In this document: positions 7,971 to 11,431 of the stretch, one piece after another
Layout: every line of letters begins with the position of its first letter
Position numbering within the stretch: position 1 is the first letter of the stretch
Virus record (IMG/VR): IMGVR_UViG_2651869755_000021
Strand: one strand, 5' to 3'
Length of the DNA: 11,431 nt
Source of the DNA: a virus
Lineage: Duplodnaviria > Heunggongvirae > Uroviricota > Caudoviricetes
The notes under the pieces: model-generated
What the model was told of the DNA's origin: nothing
The model's input: only the letters and a program-made list of their open reading frames with translations
Database searches by the model: none
Position numbers and translations under genes: made by a program

Positions 7971-9365
7971 TTGAATACACTTTTCACCCCCCGCCCTTAT
8001 CAAGATCTCATCATCAATCATCAAATCGAAACCCTGCGCGGCAACATCTGGGCAGGGATGGGGATGGGTAAAACCGTAGCGACACTCACCACGCTGGAAG
8101 ATCTTTTCATGGCTGGAGCAGAAACACGCCCCGCGCTGGTCCTCGCGCCGCTACGCGTTGCAGCAAGCACCTGGCCTGATGAAGCTGTTAAATGGGGGCA
8201 TCTGCGTAATATTGAGGTACAGCCGATTATCGGTAACGCCAAAGCGCGCTCTACGGCGCTGGCGAACAGCAACGCGAGCGTGTTCACCATCAACTACGAT
8301 AACCTTGTCTGGCTGGTTGAGGAATTGGGAGAACGATGGCCGTTCGGTACTGTCATTCCAGATGAAAGCACCCGGCTAAAATCCTTCCGGCTACGAGGTG
8401 GTGGTAAGCGCGCTGCGGCACTAGGCAAAGTGGCGCATAAGTATGTCCGGCGCTGGATAAATCTCACCGGTACGCCAGCACCGAACGGCCTGGTAGATTT
8501 GTGGGGACAATCGTGGTTTGTGGACCAAGGGCAACGTCTCGGGCGCACTTACGGCGCGTTTACCTCACGCTGGTTCAACTCAATACAGTTTCCGGGGCAG
8601 AGCTGGACCAAACTGGAGCCGTTTGCTCACTCACAGGGTGAAATACAGCGAGCGTTAGCCGATGTGACTCTCTCGCTGGATGCGGCCGACTGGTTCGATA
8701 TCAAAGACCCTATCCATAACGTAATCCACGTGGATATGCCGCCGAAGGCCCGTCAGCAGTATCGTGAAATGGAAAAAGAAATGTTCCTCGAGCTGAATGG
8801 CGAAGGCATCGAAGCACCGAACGCCGCGGCAAAGACACTGAAGTGTCTGCAAATCGCCAGTGGCGCAGTATACACAGACGACACCGGAAGTTGGTCAGAA
8901 CTGCATGACATCAAACTGCAGGCGCTGGACAGCATACTGACCGAAGCAGCTGGCGCACCTGTGCTGGTTGCTTATCACTGGAAACACGATCTTGAACGCT
9001 TGCTTAAAGCATTCCCTCGCGGTCGTCACCTCGACCAGGATCCAAAGACACTGCGCGACTGGAATTCCGGAAAGATTCCTGTTCTCTTTGCACACCCAGC
9101 CAGCGCGGGCCACGGCCTGAACATGCAGGACGGCGGAAATATACTGGTATTTTTCTCACACTGGTGGGACCTGGAGCAATATCAGCAAATTATTGAACGT
9201 ATCGGCCCCACCAGGCAGATACAGGCCGGACACAATCGTCCGGTATTTATTCACCACATTATTGCTGCCGACACTATGGACGAAATGGTGATGGAGCGGC
9301 GCAACTCAAAACGAACAGTGCAGGACATCCTGCTCGATGCCATGAAAAAGAGAGGTATAGCATGA
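7971..9365 (+). CDS. SNF2/DEAD-like family helicase (phage replication helicase)
   Basis: 'RPYQ' then motif I 'GMGMGKT', motif II 'IPDESTRLK', motif III 'LTGTPAPNGL', C-terminal 'HPASAGHGLNMQ' and 'QQIIERIGPTRQ'. Proposed TTG start at 7971 with GAGGT 6 nt upstream; the ORF is open from TTG 7872, but that would begin at the neighbouring gene's start. Confidence 0.8.
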   Translation: MNTLFTPRPYQDLIINHQIETLRGNIWAGMGMGKTVATLTTLEDLFMAGAETRPALVLAPLRVAASTWPDEAVKWGHLRNIEVQPIIGNAKARSTALANSNASVFTINYDNLVWLVEELGERWPFGTVIPDESTRLKSFRLRGGGKRAAALGKVAHKYVRRWINLTGTPAPNGLVDLWGQSWFVDQGQRLGRTYGAFTSRWFNSIQFPGQSWTKLEPFAHSQGEIQRALADVTLSLDAADWFDIKDPIHNVIHVDMPPKARQQYREMEKEMFLELNGEGIEAPNAAAKTLKCLQIASGAVYTDDTGSWSELHDIKLQALDSILTEAAGAPVLVAYHWKHDLERLLKAFPRGRHLDQDPKTLRDWNSGKIPVLFAHPASAGHGLNMQDGGNILVFFSHWWDLEQYQQIIERIGPTRQIQAGHNRPVFIHHIIAADTMDEMVMERRNSKRTVQDILLDAMKKRGIA

Positions 9366-9562
9366 GCGAGAAACCCAACGATTTACTCACCCCGGATGAA
9401 GTATGCCAAAAGTTAGGCATTACACAGAAAACGCTATGTGAGTGGAATATTAAGCATCGTCATCGGGCTATCCTGGCACCAATTCGTTTCAGTGCAAAAG
9501 TAGTTCGTTATGAGCGCCGAAATGTCGACGCTTTTATTCAAAAATGTCGCAGCCAGTATTAA
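9362..9562 (+). CDS. AlpA/Xis-like HTH DNA-binding protein (putative excisionase or transcriptional regulator)
   Basis: 66 aa; 'LLTPDEVCQKLGITQKTLCEW...RYERRNVDAFI' resembles the AlpA/excisionase family; ATG overlaps the helicase stop (ATGA 9362-9365); GAGAGG SD upstream. Confidence 0.75.
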   Translation: MSEKPNDLLTPDEVCQKLGITQKTLCEWNIKHRHRAILAPIRFSAKVVRYERRNVDAFIQKCRSQY

Positions 9563-10956
9563 CCTCGCCGCCGTAGCAATGCCACCTGCGCAAGTATGCT
9601 CCGCTCGTGAGCCTCGAAAGCTTCGCGCTTTAACGCAATCTCTTCCTGTAAAATCTCATCAGAAAAGTCGTAATGTTCTGCCATCGGGTCATCTGACTTG
9701 CTGGAGTGGTGAAGGCAAAGGAGGCTGATTTCCCTTCGGTCTGATCGGGAATAGCCTCTTTCCTTCATCAAGGCAATAACATTGCTCTTAAGGAATTTAC
9801 GGCACATCGTATTAAATGCACCGTCTTTCCCTTTAACAGTCCCATCATGTTTTATTCCTTTTACAGCCCCGTCCGGGCTGTATGTTTTCACCAGCTTATC
9901 CAGTGATCGTTTTGAAAATGGCTGCATTGGATCACGTGGCTGCAAAAATACATAATCCCTGTTGCACTCAGGAACTGAATCACGCCAGGCTTTCTGCTCG
10001 TCGATAATCCGCCGGATCTCAGGCGTTATCGGCAGGCGGAAAGCCTTTTGTGTTTTCATAGCCCCTCGCATGCCGATAACCCCTTCCGGATAAACAATTT
10101 CACCAGCCTCCTCGTGAACGTAGTCCCAGCGCAGGTTATGGACATTAATCGGACGAACGCCAGTGATGATCATGAAGCGAACAGCATTCTTCTGGTGTAC
10201 AGAGGTGCAGGCAGCAACATTGAGCCAGAGTCGGGCGATTGATTCAATATCGGTAAAAAGCCGTGTGGGGGTGGGTTTCTGTACGCGGGAGGAAACATAA
10301 TCATCTGGCAAACTGGCGGCAACATTGCGGCCGTTGCAAAGAGTAGGTGCGCAGAACTTCCAGAACCGACGGAGCTCGGCAAACAACTCTAGGGCGTTAT
10401 TGTTCGAGCGAGTGGCGATCCACTCGTCCAGCACTTCCACCAGCCGACTGTATGTTACGTCGCTGAACACCTCGCGCTCGCCGAACGTTGCTTTAATCCG
10501 GTCGATACGCACCCCGTAGGTTGTGAAACTGTCCGGGCTCAGCTTCTGCCGGGCTACTTTGGCTTTGAGGTCATCCCGGTACATTTCCAGCGCTGCATGT
10601 ACGGACTCTGCCCGCAGTCCACCGTCAGCCATACCTAGTGCTTTTTCGCGCGCCAGCTGGATAGCGAGCTCCGGCCACTCGCCGAGCTTTTTACCTTTGA
10701 GGCCCATCTTTTTTGGAAACTCGGCGTAAAATGTAACCTTACCGGCTTTGCTGAAATCGATACGGAGATAGTTCTCTTTTTCGTATTTGGAACGGCGAGC
10801 CACACCGGAAGCAGCGAGGATGATTTTGGCGGCAGCAACACAGATTTTCATGTGTGCGCTGGTATAGGGGGGTTTACAAGCGTCCCATTTTTCAGATGCG
10901 GCTAAAACATCGTCATTATTGGGGCTATCCGGATTATGTGTTACAGTGCACGGCAT
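9559..10956 (-). CDS. Tyrosine recombinase (phage integrase)
   Basis: Catalytic-core features: 'ITGVRPINV' (Arg box), 'LLCLHHSSKSDDPMAEHYDF' (His and Tyr region). ATG 10956 has AAGGA with a 6-nt spacer; the ORF is open from TTG 10962, and ATG 10851 is another candidate but lacks an SD. Stop overlaps the AlpA-like stop. Confidence 0.8.
   Translation of the reverse strand: MPCTVTHNPDSPNNDDVLAASEKWDACKPPYTSAHMKICVAAAKIILAASGVARRSKYEKENYLRIDFSKAGKVTFYAEFPKKMGLKGKKLGEWPELAIQLAREKALGMADGGLRAESVHAALEMYRDDLKAKVARQKLSPDSFTTYGVRIDRIKATFGEREVFSDVTYSRLVEVLDEWIATRSNNNALELFAELRRFWKFCAPTLCNGRNVAASLPDDYVSSRVQKPTPTRLFTDIESIARLWLNVAACTSVHQKNAVRFMIITGVRPINVHNLRWDYVHEEAGEIVYPEGVIGMRGAMKTQKAFRLPITPEIRRIIDEQKAWRDSVPECNRDYVFLQPRDPMQPFSKRSLDKLVKTYSPDGAVKGIKHDGTVKGKDGAFNTMCRKFLKSNVIALMKERGYSRSDRREISLLCLHHSSKSDDPMAEHYDFSDEILQEEIALKREAFEAHERSILAQVALLRRRG

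Positions 10957-11431
<475 letters not shown>

Overview
This window reads as the integrase-proximal end of an integrated phage-like element (prophage or satellite) in an enterobacterial chromosome, abutting the host ferredoxin gene yfhL (11171-11431). A co-directional plus-strand replication/early operon with tight or overlapping gene junctions encodes: a hypothetical protein, a DUF2800-type PD-(D/E)XK nuclease with a Cas4-like Cys cluster, a DUF2815-type SSB-like protein, a hypothetical protein with an AT-rich tandem repeat, a family A DNA polymerase with 3'-5' exonuclease motifs, a small hypothetical protein, a DUF4406 (nucleoside 2-deoxyribosyltransferase-like) protein, a VRR-NUC nuclease, an SNF2-family helicase and an AlpA/Xis-like HTH protein. 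A tyrosine integrase lies on the minus strand at the boundary. Two genes are on the opposite strand inside this operon and look like accessory cargo (morons): a small two-TM membrane protein (3775-4044) and a 310-aa protein of unknown function (6935-7867) in a lower-GC patch. The 310-aa gene is the best candidate here for an undescribed accessory function such as defence, exclusion or regulation, but I cannot assign it to a family from sequence alone. No tRNA, rRNA, CRISPR array or transposase was found. All family assignments rest on motif recognition by eye; no database search was run.
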